Origin: a bacterium
GTDB lineage: Bacteria; Gemmatimonadota; Gemmatimonadetes; Gemmatimonadales; JACORV01
Assembly: GCA_021787855.1 (NCBI GenBank)
Contig: JAJYLI010000003.1
Coordinates: forward strand, 1 to 42,702
Length of the DNA: 42,702 bases
Reading direction: 5' to 3'
A program made the translations under genes and the position numbers. A model generated the notes under the pieces. It had not been told where the DNA came from. It was given only the letters and a program-made list of their open reading frames with translations, and ran no database searches. Below, piece by piece: positions 11,289 to 20,449 of this stretch; positions within the stretch are counted from its first letter, which is position 1, and the number at the start of each line of letters is the position of its first letter.

Positions 11289-12665
11289 ATGGATCCCGTG
11301 ATCTTCCGGGAGTACGACGTCCGCGGCACGATCGGCCGCGACCTCGATGCGTCGGTCGCCCGCGCCGTCGGCGCCGCCTTCGGCTCCGAGGCCCGCGAGC
11401 GCCTGGGCCGCGCGCCGGTGCTGGCGGTGGGCCGCGACAACCGGCCCAGCGGCGGCGAGCTGGTGGCCGCGCTGATCGAGGGCCTGGCGGGCGCCGGGGC
11501 GCAGGTGCGCGACGCCGGCCTGGTGCCGACCCCCACGCTGTACTTCGCCATCCATCACCTCGGCGCCGACGGCGGGGTGCAGGTCACCGGCTCCCACAAT
11601 CCGCCCGAGATGAACGGCTTCAAGATGGTGCTGGACGGGCTGCCGTTCGCGGGCGCCGACATCCAGGGGCTGCGCCGGCGGATCGAGCAGCGGCGCCTCA
11701 CCACGGGCGCCGGCGCCGTCACCCGGCACGAGGTGCTGGACGCCTACCGCCGGGAGGTGCAGGGGCGCATCGGCGCGCTGGCGCGGCCCCTCAAGGTGGT
11801 GGTGGACTGCGGCAACGGCACCGCGAGCCTCACCGCGCCCGACACGCTGGCGGCCCTGGGGGCCGGCGTGGACCGGCTGTACTGCGAGTCGGACGGAACC
11901 TTCCCGCACCACCATCCCGATCCGACGGTCCTGGCCAACCTGCGCGACCTCCAGGCGCGGGTGGTGGCGGCCGGCGCCGACCTCGGCCTGGCCTTCGACG
12001 GGGACGGCGACCGGATCGGCGCGGTGGACGAGCGCGGCGCGGTGCTGTTCGGCGACCAGATCCTGGCCCTGCTCGGGCAGGACATGGTCCGGCGCCTGGG
12101 CCCCGGGCGCGAGGTGATCTTCGACGTGAAGTGCTCGGATGGGCTGGCCGAGGCCCTGGAGCGGGCCGGCGCGAAGCCGGTCATGTGGATGACGGGCCAC
12201 TCGCACATCAAGCGGAAGATGAAGGAGAGCGGCGCCGTGCTGGCCGGTGAGATGAGCGGCCACATGTTCTTCGGCCCTCCCGACTACCTGGGCTTCGACG
12301 ACGCCCTGTACGCGGCGGCGCGGCTGCTGAAGATCGTGGCCGGCCAGGCGGGCCCGGTCTCCGCGCTCCGCGCGGCCCTGCCGCAGTACGTGTCCACGCC
12401 CGAGATCCGGGTGGACTGCGCGGAGGATCGCAAGCAGGCCGTGGTGGCCGCGGCCGCGCGGTATTTCAGCGCGCACTACCCGACCGTCACGATTGACGGC
12501 GTGCGGTGGCGCGCCGCCGAGGGCTGGGGCCTGATCCGGGCCTCCAACACCCAGCCGATCCTGGTCGCGCGCTTCGAGGCCCGGACGGCCTCCGCGTTGG
12601 AGGCCATCCGCCGCGAGGCCGTCCGGGTGCTCGGCGAGCAGGGGGTCTCCGGCCTGGAGCCATGA
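11289..12665 (+). CDS. Phosphomannomutase/phosphoglucomutase (alpha-D-phosphohexomutase, AlgC-like)
   Basis: IFREYDVRG, catalytic TGSHNP, metal loop FDGDGDR, GEMSGH, RASNTQP. Confidence 0.93.
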   Translation: MDPVIFREYDVRGTIGRDLDASVARAVGAAFGSEARERLGRAPVLAVGRDNRPSGGELVAALIEGLAGAGAQVRDAGLVPTPTLYFAIHHLGADGGVQVTGSHNPPEMNGFKMVLDGLPFAGADIQGLRRRIEQRRLTTGAGAVTRHEVLDAYRREVQGRIGALARPLKVVVDCGNGTASLTAPDTLAALGAGVDRLYCESDGTFPHHHPDPTVLANLRDLQARVVAAGADLGLAFDGDGDRIGAVDERGAVLFGDQILALLGQDMVRRLGPGREVIFDVKCSDGLAEALERAGAKPVMWMTGHSHIKRKMKESGAVLAGEMSGHMFFGPPDYLGFDDALYAAARLLKIVAGQAGPVSALRAALPQYVSTPEIRVDCAEDRKQAVVAAAARYFSAHYPTVTIDGVRWRAAEGWGLIRASNTQPILVARFEARTASALEAIRREAVRVLGEQGVSGLEP

Positions 12666-15343
12666 GCCGGCGCCGCGTCGCGCTCGTCGGTATCGGTGCC
12701 GCGCTCGCCTTGCTGTTCGGGGGGCGCTGGGTCGCCATCCAGTACACCGAGGCCGCCTGGTACGCGGACCTGGGGCGCTCCGCCATGTTCTGGTCGCGGC
12801 TCGTCCACCAGGGGCTGTGGCAGCTCGCGGTCGCCGGCCTCGCGGTGCTGTGGTACGGCGCCCATCTCTTCGCCGTGTACCGCTCCATCGGCGCCGTGCA
12901 CCTGCCGCGGCGGGTGGGCAACCTGGAGATCGCGGAGGCGGTCCCGCGGCGCATCCTGCGCTGGATCGCCCTGGCCCTCGCGGTCCTGCTCGGCGTGGTG
13001 ACCGCCGCGACGTTCACCGACCTGCCCACCCTCGTGTCGCTGTACCGCTCCGCCGTTCCGCTCGGCATCCGCGAACCCGTGCTGGGGCGGGACGCCGCGT
13101 TCTACCTCGCCCGGCTCCCGCTGCTCGAGACGCTGCACCTCGCGGCGCTGGCGCTGGTGCTGTTCGGCGGGTTCGTCACCGCCGCGCTGTACGCGATGAC
13201 CGGCAGCATCACGCTGAGCGGCCGCCGACTGCGGATGACGCCGCAGGCGCGCGCCCACCTGGTGGTGCTGCTGGCGCTCCTCGCCGTGGTGGTGGCGTGG
13301 GGCTTCCATCTCGACACGTACGCCATCGTCGGCGGCGGGGGAGCGGACGGCGGCGCGCTCACCGCGGTGGACCGGGCCATCCGCCTGCCCGCCTCCACGG
13401 CCCTGTCGGCCCTCGCCCTGGTGGTGGCCGCCGGCACGGTGGCCACGCTGTGGCGCGGCCACCCGCGCCTGCTGGGGGCGATGTGGGCGACCCTGGCGGC
13501 GGCCGGACTCCTGGGACGGTTCGTGGCGCCCTACGTGGTGCAGGCCTGGGCGGGGCCGCCGACCCCGCCGGTCGCCGCCGCGCTGGCGCAGTACGCGGAC
13601 CGCTACTCGCGCGCGGGGCTGGGCGTGCTGCGCGGCCTCGAGCGCGAGCCCCTGGCGAGCACGCCGGACGCTCCCCGCGACAGCCTGGCGGCCATGGCCG
13701 CCGCGCTCGCCGGCGTGTCACCGTGGGCCGGGGCGCCGCGGCTGCTCCAGGCGGCCCTCGACGCCGTGGTGCCCGACAGCGGGCGGCCCCGGCTGTGGAC
13801 CACGACGCTCGACCGGTACGACGGGCCTGGCGGCCGCCCGGTGCTGGCGGTTCTGGCGGTGCCCGAGCCGGACCAGCTCGGCCTCGCGCGGGAGCCGCGC
13901 CCGCCCGACTGGACGCTGGTGCATCGCGGCCCGCTGTCCTGGGCGGGACCTCCCGTGGCGGTGGCGGCGGGCCTGAGCGCCTCCGGCGCGCTTCATTTCT
14001 TCGCGTCGCTGAGCCCGGTTGGCGACAGCGGCCTGGTGCCCCGGGCGCTGGCGGGCGCGCCGGGCCGGATCCGCTATGTGGCGTACGCCGCCGGCCCCGC
14101 GATCGCCGGACCGGCCGAGCCGCCGCCCGCCGGCGGACCGGCGGGCCTGGTGCTGGGCGGCCCGCTGCGCCGCCTGCTGCTGGCCTGGGCGCTGCAGTCT
14201 CCGGCGCTCCTGGGCGGCGCCACCAGCGTGGCGGACCGTCTGGTGCTGTGGCGCGACGTGCCCCGCCGCCTGGCGCGACTGTACCCGTTCGCGACCTTCG
14301 ACCGGCCGCGCGCGGTCCTGGCGGACGGCCGGCTGGTGTGGCTCGCGGACGGGCTCCTCGCCTCCGACCGCTTTCCCCTCGCCGCGCACGTGGCCTGGCA
14401 GGACGAGCAGGTCAACTTCTTGCGCGCCGCGTACGTGGCCACCGTGGACGCGGTGAGCGGGGCGACGCGGCTGTACCTTCGGCCCCCGGGCTCCCCCTTC
14501 GCGGCGCGCATCGCCGCGGCGATGGACGCGCGGGCGCTGCCCGCCGAGAGCCTGGACGCCGCCCTGCGCCGCCACCTGGACTATCCGCCGGACCTGCTGG
14601 TGGCCCAGGCCGAGATGCTGGCGCTGCACCGCGGCGACACCGGCGCGGCGGCCCGGCCCTGGGCGCTGGCCCCGCGGCTCCCGGTGCCCGCCGCCCCGCT
14701 TTCCCCGGACACCGCCCGCCCCGCGCCGCCGCGGCCCACGCCGGCCCTGCTGGCGCTGGGCCAGCCGCCGGTGCGGCTGTGGTCGCTGCTGCCCCTGACG
14801 GACGAGACCGGCGGCGCCCTCGTCGCCTTCCTGGCGGCGACGGTCCACGCCGACGGCGCGCCGTCGCTGCGGCTGCTGCGCCTGGGGCCGCGCCCCTTCC
14901 CGACGCCCGCGTCGGCGGCGAGCCGGATCTCCCTGTCGCCCACGCTGGCGGGCGCCATGGCCAGCCTCTCGGGACCCGAGGGCCGCGTGCGCCGCGGGGA
15001 CGCGATGGCCGTGCCCGCGGGCGGCACGGTCGCCTACCTTCAGTACCTGTTCGCCTCGCCCGACTCGGGCGGCGCGCCGCTGCTGCCCCGCGGCGTCGCG
15101 GTGCTGGTGGGCGGCCGCGTGGGCGTGGGAGCGAGCGTCGCCGAGGCGCTCCGCGCGGCGCGCGCCGGCGGTGGCGGGTCCATCGCGGCGGAGCGCTCGT
15201 CAGCGTCACTGGCGGAGGCCCGGGCCGCCTTCCTGTCCCTGGATTCCGCGGTGCGCGCCCGCGACTGGGCCAAGTTCGGGCGCGCCTACGAAGCCCTGCG
15301 GCGCGCGCTGGGCGCGCCGCCGTCCCCGGGCCGGCGGCCTTGA
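12662..15343 (+). CDS. UPF0182 (COG1615) family membrane protein, divergent
   Basis: N-terminal multi-TM region (EAAWYADLG, REPVLGRDAAFY..RLP), then GRLVWLADG..SDRFP, NFLRAAYVATVDAVSG, HLDYPPDL..Q and C-terminal DWAKFGRAYEAL, all echoing UPF0182 motifs. ATGA overlap with the mutase gene. Confidence 0.8.
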   Translation: MSRRRVALVGIGAALALLFGGRWVAIQYTEAAWYADLGRSAMFWSRLVHQGLWQLAVAGLAVLWYGAHLFAVYRSIGAVHLPRRVGNLEIAEAVPRRILRWIALALAVLLGVVTAATFTDLPTLVSLYRSAVPLGIREPVLGRDAAFYLARLPLLETLHLAALALVLFGGFVTAALYAMTGSITLSGRRLRMTPQARAHLVVLLALLAVVVAWGFHLDTYAIVGGGGADGGALTAVDRAIRLPASTALSALALVVAAGTVATLWRGHPRLLGAMWATLAAAGLLGRFVAPYVVQAWAGPPTPPVAAALAQYADRYSRAGLGVLRGLEREPLASTPDAPRDSLAAMAAALAGVSPWAGAPRLLQAALDAVVPDSGRPRLWTTTLDRYDGPGGRPVLAVLAVPEPDQLGLAREPRPPDWTLVHRGPLSWAGPPVAVAAGLSASGALHFFASLSPVGDSGLVPRALAGAPGRIRYVAYAAGPAIAGPAEPPPAGGPAGLVLGGPLRRLLLAWALQSPALLGGATSVADRLVLWRDVPRRLARLYPFATFDRPRAVLADGRLVWLADGLLASDRFPLAAHVAWQDEQVNFLRAAYVATVDAVSGATRLYLRPPGSPFAARIAAAMDARALPAESLDAALRRHLDYPPDLLVAQAEMLALHRGDTGAAARPWALAPRLPVPAAPLSPDTARPAPPRPTPALLALGQPPVRLWSLLPLTDETGGALVAFLAATVHADGAPSLRLLRLGPRPFPTPASAASRISLSPTLAGAMASLSGPEGRVRRGDAMAVPAGGTVAYLQYLFASPDSGGAPLLPRGVAVLVGGRVGVGASVAEALRAARAGGGGSIAAERSSASLAEARAAFLSLDSAVRARDWAKFGRAYEALRRALGAPPSPGRRP

Positions 15344-15368
15344 ACGCCGCGGGCCCCCCGTCTAGCTT
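15340..15368 (+). promoter_or_regulatory. Putative sigma70-type promoter for arcC-sucCD-CBS-ndk
   Basis: TTGAAC (15340-45), 17-nt spacer, TAGCTT (15363-68). Followed by SD GGAGG (15381-85) and GTG15391. Confidence 0.55.
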
Positions 15369-15390
15369 CGGCCCCCTCGAGGAGGCCGTC

Positions 15391-16341
15391 GTGAGGGATG
15401 CCACGGTCGTCGTCGCGCTGGGAGGCAATGCCCTGGCTCCCGCCGGCGAGCGCGCCACCATCGCCAACCAGTTCCGCCACACGCGCGAGAGCCTCGCGCC
15501 CATCGTGGATCTCGCGCGGGAGGGCTGGCACATCGTGCTGGTGCACGGCAACGGCCCGCAGGTCGGCGATTCCCTCGCCCGCAACGAGATCGCCGCCGGC
15601 GAGGTCGAGCCCCTGCCGCTGGGCGTGCTCGTCGCCGAGACGGCGGGATGGATCGGCTACATGATCCAGCAGTCGCTTCAGAACGCGCTCGAGCAGGCCG
15701 GCATCCAGCGCGAGGTGGTCACGCTGATCACGCAGACGCTGGTGGCGCGCGACGACCCCTCGCTCACGGCCCCGGTCAAGCCCATCGGCCACGAGCTGAC
15801 GCCGGAGCGCTGGGCGCGGCTCGGCGCTCAGGGCGTGCCGATGCGCGCCGACGCGCTGGGCCGGTGGCGCCGCCTGGCGGCGAGCCCCATCCCCATCGGC
15901 GTGGTCGAGGCGCCGGTGGTCGGGCGCCTGGTCGAGCACGGCGCCATCGTCGTCGCGGCCGGCGGGGGAGGGCCCCCCGTCTATCGCGACCCGGTGCTGC
16001 GCCTCGAGGGGGTGGACGCCGTGGTGGACAAGGACCGCACCGCGGCCATCCTGGCCCGGGATCTGGGGGCCGCGCTGCTCCTGATTCTCACCGACATTGA
16101 CGCGGTGTACCGGGACTACGGCACGCCGCGTGCAGCACCGATCCGCCGCATGACCGTCGCCGAGGCCGAAGCGCTGCAGGCGGCGGGGCAGTTCGGGGCG
16201 GGCAGCATGCGCCCCAAGGTCGAAGCGGCGGTCGCGTTCGTGCGCTCGGGCGGCCAGCGGGCGGTGATCGCCGAACTGGGCAGCGGGCTCGCCGCGATCC
16301 GCGGCGAGACGGGAACCACCATCGTGGCCGAGGGCCGATGA
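15391..16341 (+). CDS. arcC: Carbamate kinase
   Basis: VVALGGNAL, HGNGPQVG, G.IGYMIQQ, PVKPIG, AGGGGPPV, GVDAVVDKD, GSMRPKVEAA. Confidence 0.93.
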   Translation: MRDATVVVALGGNALAPAGERATIANQFRHTRESLAPIVDLAREGWHIVLVHGNGPQVGDSLARNEIAAGEVEPLPLGVLVAETAGWIGYMIQQSLQNALEQAGIQREVVTLITQTLVARDDPSLTAPVKPIGHELTPERWARLGAQGVPMRADALGRWRRLAASPIPIGVVEAPVVGRLVEHGAIVVAAGGGGPPVYRDPVLRLEGVDAVVDKDRTAAILARDLGAALLLILTDIDAVYRDYGTPRAAPIRRMTVAEAEALQAAGQFGAGSMRPKVEAAVAFVRSGGQRAVIAELGSGLAAIRGETGTTIVAEGR

Positions 16342-17486
16342 ACATTCACGAGTATCAGGCGCGGGAGCTGCTGGCCAAGGCCGGCATCCCCGTGCCGCCG
16401 GGGATCGTCGCCGCCACCGCCGCCGAAGCGAGGCGCGCGATGGAGCGGCTGGGCGTGCCGAAGGTGGTCGTCAAGGCGCAGGTCCACGCGGGCGGGCGCG
16501 GCAAGGCCGGCGGCGTCAAGCTGGCCGAGTCGCCCGCCCAGGCCGAGCAGCTCGCCGGCCAGATCCTCGGGATGACCATCAAGGCCCTGACCGTCACCCG
16601 GGTGCTGGTGGTGCCGGCCACCGACATCGCCAGCGAGGCGTACGTCGGGGTCGTCGTGGACCGCGCGTCCCGCGCGCCCGTCGTGATGGTGAGCCCGGCC
16701 GGCGGCATTGACATCGAGGAGGTCGCGGCCAGGACGCCGGAGAAGATCTTCCGCCAGACGGTGGACACCCGCTACGGCCTGCTTCCGCACCAGGCGATGG
16801 CGCTCGCCTTCCGCCTCTACGACGACGTCGCCAAGGTGCGCCAGGCGGCCGACATCCTGCAGAAGCTCTACCGCGCGTTCGTGGATGCCGGCGCCTCGCT
16901 CGCCGAGATCAACCCCCTGGTGGCGACACCGGCGGGCGCCGTGGTCGCGCTGGACGCCAAGGTGGTGGTGGACGACAACGAGCTGGAGCGCCGCCCCGAC
17001 ATCGCGGCGCTGCGCGACGTCGCGGTCGAGAACCCCGCCGAGGTCGAGGCCCGCGGCGCCAGCCTGACCTACATCAAGCTGGACGGCAACGTGGGCTGCT
17101 GCGTCAACGGCGCCGGCCTCGCGATGGCGACCATGGACCTGGTCAAGTACTACGGCGGCGAGCCGGCCAACTTCCTCGACATCGGCGGCTCGTCCAACCC
17201 CGACAAGGTCGTGACCGCGCTCAAGATCATCACCGCGGACCCGAAGGTGAAGGCGATCCTGTTCAACATCTTCGGCGGCATCACCCGCTGCGACGACGTC
17301 GCCAACGGCATCGTCACGGCCACGCGGAAGTTCGCCGTGGACCGGCCCATCATCATCCGGCTCACCGGCACCAACGAGCGGGAAGCGGTGCGGATCCTCG
17401 AGGGCGTGGGCATGCGGGCCCTGACCGACATGGACGCCGCCGTGGAACAGGCGGTGCAGGTGGCGAAGGGAGGGGCGGCGGCGTGA
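16338..17486 (+). CDS. sucC: Succinyl-CoA ligase subunit beta
   Basis: [51 protein letters not shown]. Confidence 0.97.
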   Translation: MNIHEYQARELLAKAGIPVPPGIVAATAAEARRAMERLGVPKVVVKAQVHAGGRGKAGGVKLAESPAQAEQLAGQILGMTIKALTVTRVLVVPATDIASEAYVGVVVDRASRAPVVMVSPAGGIDIEEVAARTPEKIFRQTVDTRYGLLPHQAMALAFRLYDDVAKVRQAADILQKLYRAFVDAGASLAEINPLVATPAGAVVALDAKVVVDDNELERRPDIAALRDVAVENPAEVEARGASLTYIKLDGNVGCCVNGAGLAMATMDLVKYYGGEPANFLDIGGSSNPDKVVTALKIITADPKVKAILFNIFGGITRCDDVANGIVTATRKFAVDRPIIIRLTGTNEREAVRILEGVGMRALTDMDAAVEQAVQVAKGGAAA

Positions 17487-18352
17487 GCATCTTCGTCAAC
17501 CAGGACACCCGGCTGGTGGTGCAGGGGATCACCGGACGCGACGGCTCGTTCCACGCGCGGCAGATGCTGGCCTACGGCACGAAGGTCGTGGCCGGCGTGA
17601 CCCCCGGCAAGGGCGGCCAGACCTTCGAGGGCGCCGTCCCGATCTTCAACACGGTGGCGGAGGCCGTGGAGCGCACCGGCGCGAACACGTCGGTCATCTA
17701 CGTGCCGGCCAGGTTCGCCGCCGACGCGATCTTCGAGGCCGCCGACGCCGGCGTCGCCCTCATCGTGTGCATCAGCGAGGGCGTCCCGGTGCTCGACATG
17801 ACGCGGGCCTACCCGTACGTCGCGGGGAAGGGCGCGCGGCTGATCGGGCCCAATTGCCCCGGCCTCATCACCCCCGGCGTGGCCAAGGTCGGGATCATCC
17901 CGGGCCAGATCTGCGCGCCCGGCCCCGTGGGCGTCGTGTCGCGCTCCGGCACCCTCACCTACGAGGTGGTGTACCAGCTCACCCGCGCGGGCCTGGGCCA
18001 GACCACCTGCGTCGGCATCGGGGGTGACCCCATCATCGGCACCTCGTTCATTGACTGCCTGACGGCGTTCGAGGCCGACCCGGCCACCCGCGCCGTCGTC
18101 ATGATCGGCGAGATCGGCGGCACCGACGAGCAGAACGCGGCCGAGTTCGTTGCGACGCGGATGCACAAACCGGTCGTGGGCTTCATCGCCGGCCAGACCG
18201 CGCCCCCGGGCCGCCGGATGGGGCACGCCGGCGCCATCATCTCCGGCTCCTCGGGCACCGCCGCCGAGAAGATGGCCGCGTTCGAGCGGGCCGGCATCGC
18301 CGTCATGAAGCGCCCGGCCGACGTGGTCCCGCTCGTGAAGCAGCGGCTGTGA
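17483..18352 (+). CDS. sucD: Succinyl-CoA ligase subunit alpha
   Basis: [30 protein letters not shown] and the phospho-His motif RMGHAGA. Confidence 0.97.
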   Translation: MSIFVNQDTRLVVQGITGRDGSFHARQMLAYGTKVVAGVTPGKGGQTFEGAVPIFNTVAEAVERTGANTSVIYVPARFAADAIFEAADAGVALIVCISEGVPVLDMTRAYPYVAGKGARLIGPNCPGLITPGVAKVGIIPGQICAPGPVGVVSRSGTLTYEVVYQLTRAGLGQTTCVGIGGDPIIGTSFIDCLTAFEADPATRAVVMIGEIGGTDEQNAAEFVATRMHKPVVGFIAGQTAPPGRRMGHAGAIISGSSGTAAEKMAAFERAGIAVMKRPADVVPLVKQRL

Positions 18353-19275
18353 AGCTCGCCGATCTCCTCGACGCGGCACGGATCGTCGTGCCGCTGGAGG
18401 CCGCGACCCTGCGCGACGCGACCGCCGGCCTGGCCGCGGCCCTGACCCGCGCCGGCGCGGTGGCCGACCCCGAGCGGCTGAGCGAGATCCTCCGCGACGA
18501 GTGGCCCGAGGACGTCGTGATGGTCGGCGGCCGCGCGTTCCTGCCGCACTTCCGCAGCAACGCCGTCCGCTCCCTCGTTCTGGCCCTCGGCGTGGCGCCG
18601 CAGCCGGTGTGCCGCGCCAACGACCCCAACCGCTGCGCCCGCATCGTCATCCTCATCATGGCCCCGGCCCGCGAAGCCTCCGAGTACCTGCGGGCGATGA
18701 GCACCGTCGCCCGCGCGCTGGCCGCCGACGAAGTGGTCGCCGCCCTCCACGCGGCGCGCTCGCCCGCCGACGTGCTCGCCATCCCGGGCCTCGCGAGCGC
18801 CCCCATCCCCGCCGAAGTCACCGTCCGCGACGTCATGACGGTGGGCGCCGTCACCGTCGGCCCCGACACCCCGCTCGGCGAAGCGGCGCGCGTCATGCTG
18901 AGCCGCCACCTGCGCTGCCTGCCGGTCACCGGCCCGCAGGGCGAGGTGGTCGGCATGCTCACCGACGGCCACCTCCTCAGCCACCTGCTTCCGCAGACGG
19001 TGCAGCAGCTCTCGACCGGCCAGGTCAAGGCGGTCAAGCGCCGCACCACGCAGGCTCCCACTACGCGCCGCGGCTCTCCCGCCGAACCCCACGAGCTGCC
19101 GGTGCGCGACGCCATGGACCGCACGGTCCTGTGCCTGGCCGAAGACCAGACCATCGCCGACGTGGCCGCCCTGATGTCGGCCAAGAAGGTGGATCGCTTC
19201 CCCGTCACCCGCGACGGCGCCCTGGTGGGCGTGCTCACGCGCCGCGACATCGTCCGCAAACTCCTGGGGTACTGA
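18349..19275 (+). CDS. PTS EIIA(Ntr/Fru)-like domain fused to a CBS-domain pair
   Basis: The first ~145 aa follow the EIIA-2 pattern (MKLADLL, LPH67[29 protein letters not shown]). The C-terminus has two CBS repeats (VRDVMT..LPV..VVGMLT; [19 protein letters not shown]). GTGA overlap with sucD. Confidence 0.8.
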   Translation: MKLADLLDAARIVVPLEAATLRDATAGLAAALTRAGAVADPERLSEILRDEWPEDVVMVGGRAFLPHFRSNAVRSLVLALGVAPQPVCRANDPNRCARIVILIMAPAREASEYLRAMSTVARALAADEVVAALHAARSPADVLAIPGLASAPIPAEVTVRDVMTVGAVTVGPDTPLGEAARVMLSRHLRCLPVTGPQGEVVGMLTDGHLLSHLLPQTVQQLSTGQVKAVKRRTTQAPTTRRGSPAEPHELPVRDAMDRTVLCLAEDQTIADVAALMSAKKVDRFPVTRDGALVGVLTRRDIVRKLLGY

Positions 19276-19283
19276 CCGACACC

Positions 19284-19694
19284 ATGCGCACTCTCGCCAT
19301 CATCAAGCCCGACGCCATGGCCTCCGGCAAGGCGGGCCGCGTGCTCGCCCACCTGGAGAGCGCCGGCTTCCGCGTCCGCGCCGCCCGCCTGGTGCGCCTG
19401 AGCCAGGCGCAGGCCGAGGCGTTCTATGCCGTCCACCGCGAGCGGCCGTTCTTCCGCCCCCTGGTCGCCTTCATGACCTCGGGACCGTGCCTGCCCATGG
19501 CCCTGGAACGCGACGACGCGGTGGCCAGGCTGCGCGAGGTCATCGGCGCCACCGACCCCCGCGAGGCCGCCCCCGGCACCGTGCGCGCGCTCTATGCCGA
19601 GTCGAAAGAGCGTAATGCCATCCACGCCTCCGACAGCCCGGAGAACGCCACGCGCGAAGTCGCCTTCTTCTTCCCGGAAGCGGACCTGGCCTAG
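19284..19694 (+). CDS. ndk: Nucleoside diphosphate kinase
   Basis: RTLAIIKPDA, FYAVHRERPFF, IGATDP, APGTVR and phospho-His motif NAIHASDS. Confidence 0.97.
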   Translation: MRTLAIIKPDAMASGKAGRVLAHLESAGFRVRAARLVRLSQAQAEAFYAVHRERPFFRPLVAFMTSGPCLPMALERDDAVARLREVIGATDPREAAPGTVRALYAESKERNAIHASDSPENATREVAFFFPEADLA

Positions 19695-19722
19695 CCGCCC
19701 TGGCTTCGCCGGCGGCGCATCG

Positions 19723-19751
19723 TTGACCCAAGTTTGACAAGGGGTTAGCTT
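19723..19751 (+). promoter_or_regulatory. Putative sigma70-type promoter for yceD-rpmF-plsX-fab (possibly leaderless)
   Basis: TTGACC (19723-28), 17-nt spacer, TAGCTT (19746-51) in an AT-richer patch. ATG at 19760 has no SD. Confidence 0.6.
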
Positions 19752-19759
19752 CACCGCCC

Positions 19760-20266
19760 ATGCTGCGCATTGACCTCGCGGCCGTGCGCGAGAGTCCGGT
19801 GGCGGTCGCCGAGCGGATCCTCCCGGACGCCGCCTTGCCGGCGGAGAGCGGGCTCGTTCTGGCGGCCCCCCTGGAAGTGTCCGGCCGGCTGAGCGCGGCG
19901 GGCGAGGACCGGTTCTACTGGCAGGCCCGGATCGAGACGGTGGTCCGTGAGGAGTGCCGCCGCTGCCTCAAGCCGGTGGACGTGCCGGTGGCCGTCTCGG
20001 CCGGGCTGATGTTCGCGATCGAGGGAGTGGCGGCGGCGGACGACGGCGACTGCTATATCGTCCCCCGGCGCGCCACGGCCCTGGACCTGGCTCCGGCCGT
20101 CCGCGAAGAGCTGCTCCTGGCCGTGCCGCAGTACGTCGAATGCCGCGCCGACTGCCGCGGCCTGTGTCCCCGGTGCGGGGCGGACCTGAACGCAGGCCCG
20201 TGCGGCTGCGCCCCCCAGGTGGATCCCCGATGGGAAGCGCTCACCAAGCTTGCTCGAGGTGACTGA
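19760..20266 (+). CDS. yceD: DUF177/YceD family protein
   Basis: ECRRCL, VREELLLAVP, CRADCRGLCPRCGADLN..PCGC, DPRWEAL. Canonical position upstream of rpmF. Confidence 0.9.
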   Translation: MLRIDLAAVRESPVAVAERILPDAALPAESGLVLAAPLEVSGRLSAAGEDRFYWQARIETVVREECRRCLKPVDVPVAVSAGLMFAIEGVAAADDGDCYIVPRRATALDLAPAVREELLLAVPQYVECRADCRGLCPRCGADLNAGPCGCAPQVDPRWEALTKLARGD

Positions 20267-20269
20267 CGC

Positions 20270-20449
20270 ATGGCTGTCCCGAAGAGACGAACCTCCAAGT
20301 CCAAGAAGCGGATGCGCCGTACGCACCACCGCGCGCCGGCCGCGACGCTCGCGCCCTGCCCGAAGTGCGGCGAGATGCGCATCCCGCACCGTGTCTGCCC
20401 GAACTGCGGCTATTACAAGGGCGAGCGCCGGATCGAGATCGAGGACTGA
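20270..20449 (+). CDS. rpmF: 50S ribosomal protein L32, Zn-ribbon form (absent from the ORF track)
   Basis: Translates as [59 protein letters not shown]. Confidence 0.97.
   Translation: MAVPKRRTSKSKKRMRRTHHRAPAATLAPCPKCGEMRIPHRVCPNCGYYKGERRIEIED

Noticed and set aside
12817-15390. 1174-aa ORF apparently fusing a long N-terminus to carbamate kinase
   Set aside because: The upstream part is off-frame UPF0182 sequence. arcC has its own promoter candidate, SD and GTG at 15391.
19694-19716. GCCGCC-ct-GGC-ttc-GCC-GGCGGC hairpin after ndk
   Set aside because: Bulged, with no U-tract, and expected by chance at this GC content. Too weak to call a terminator.
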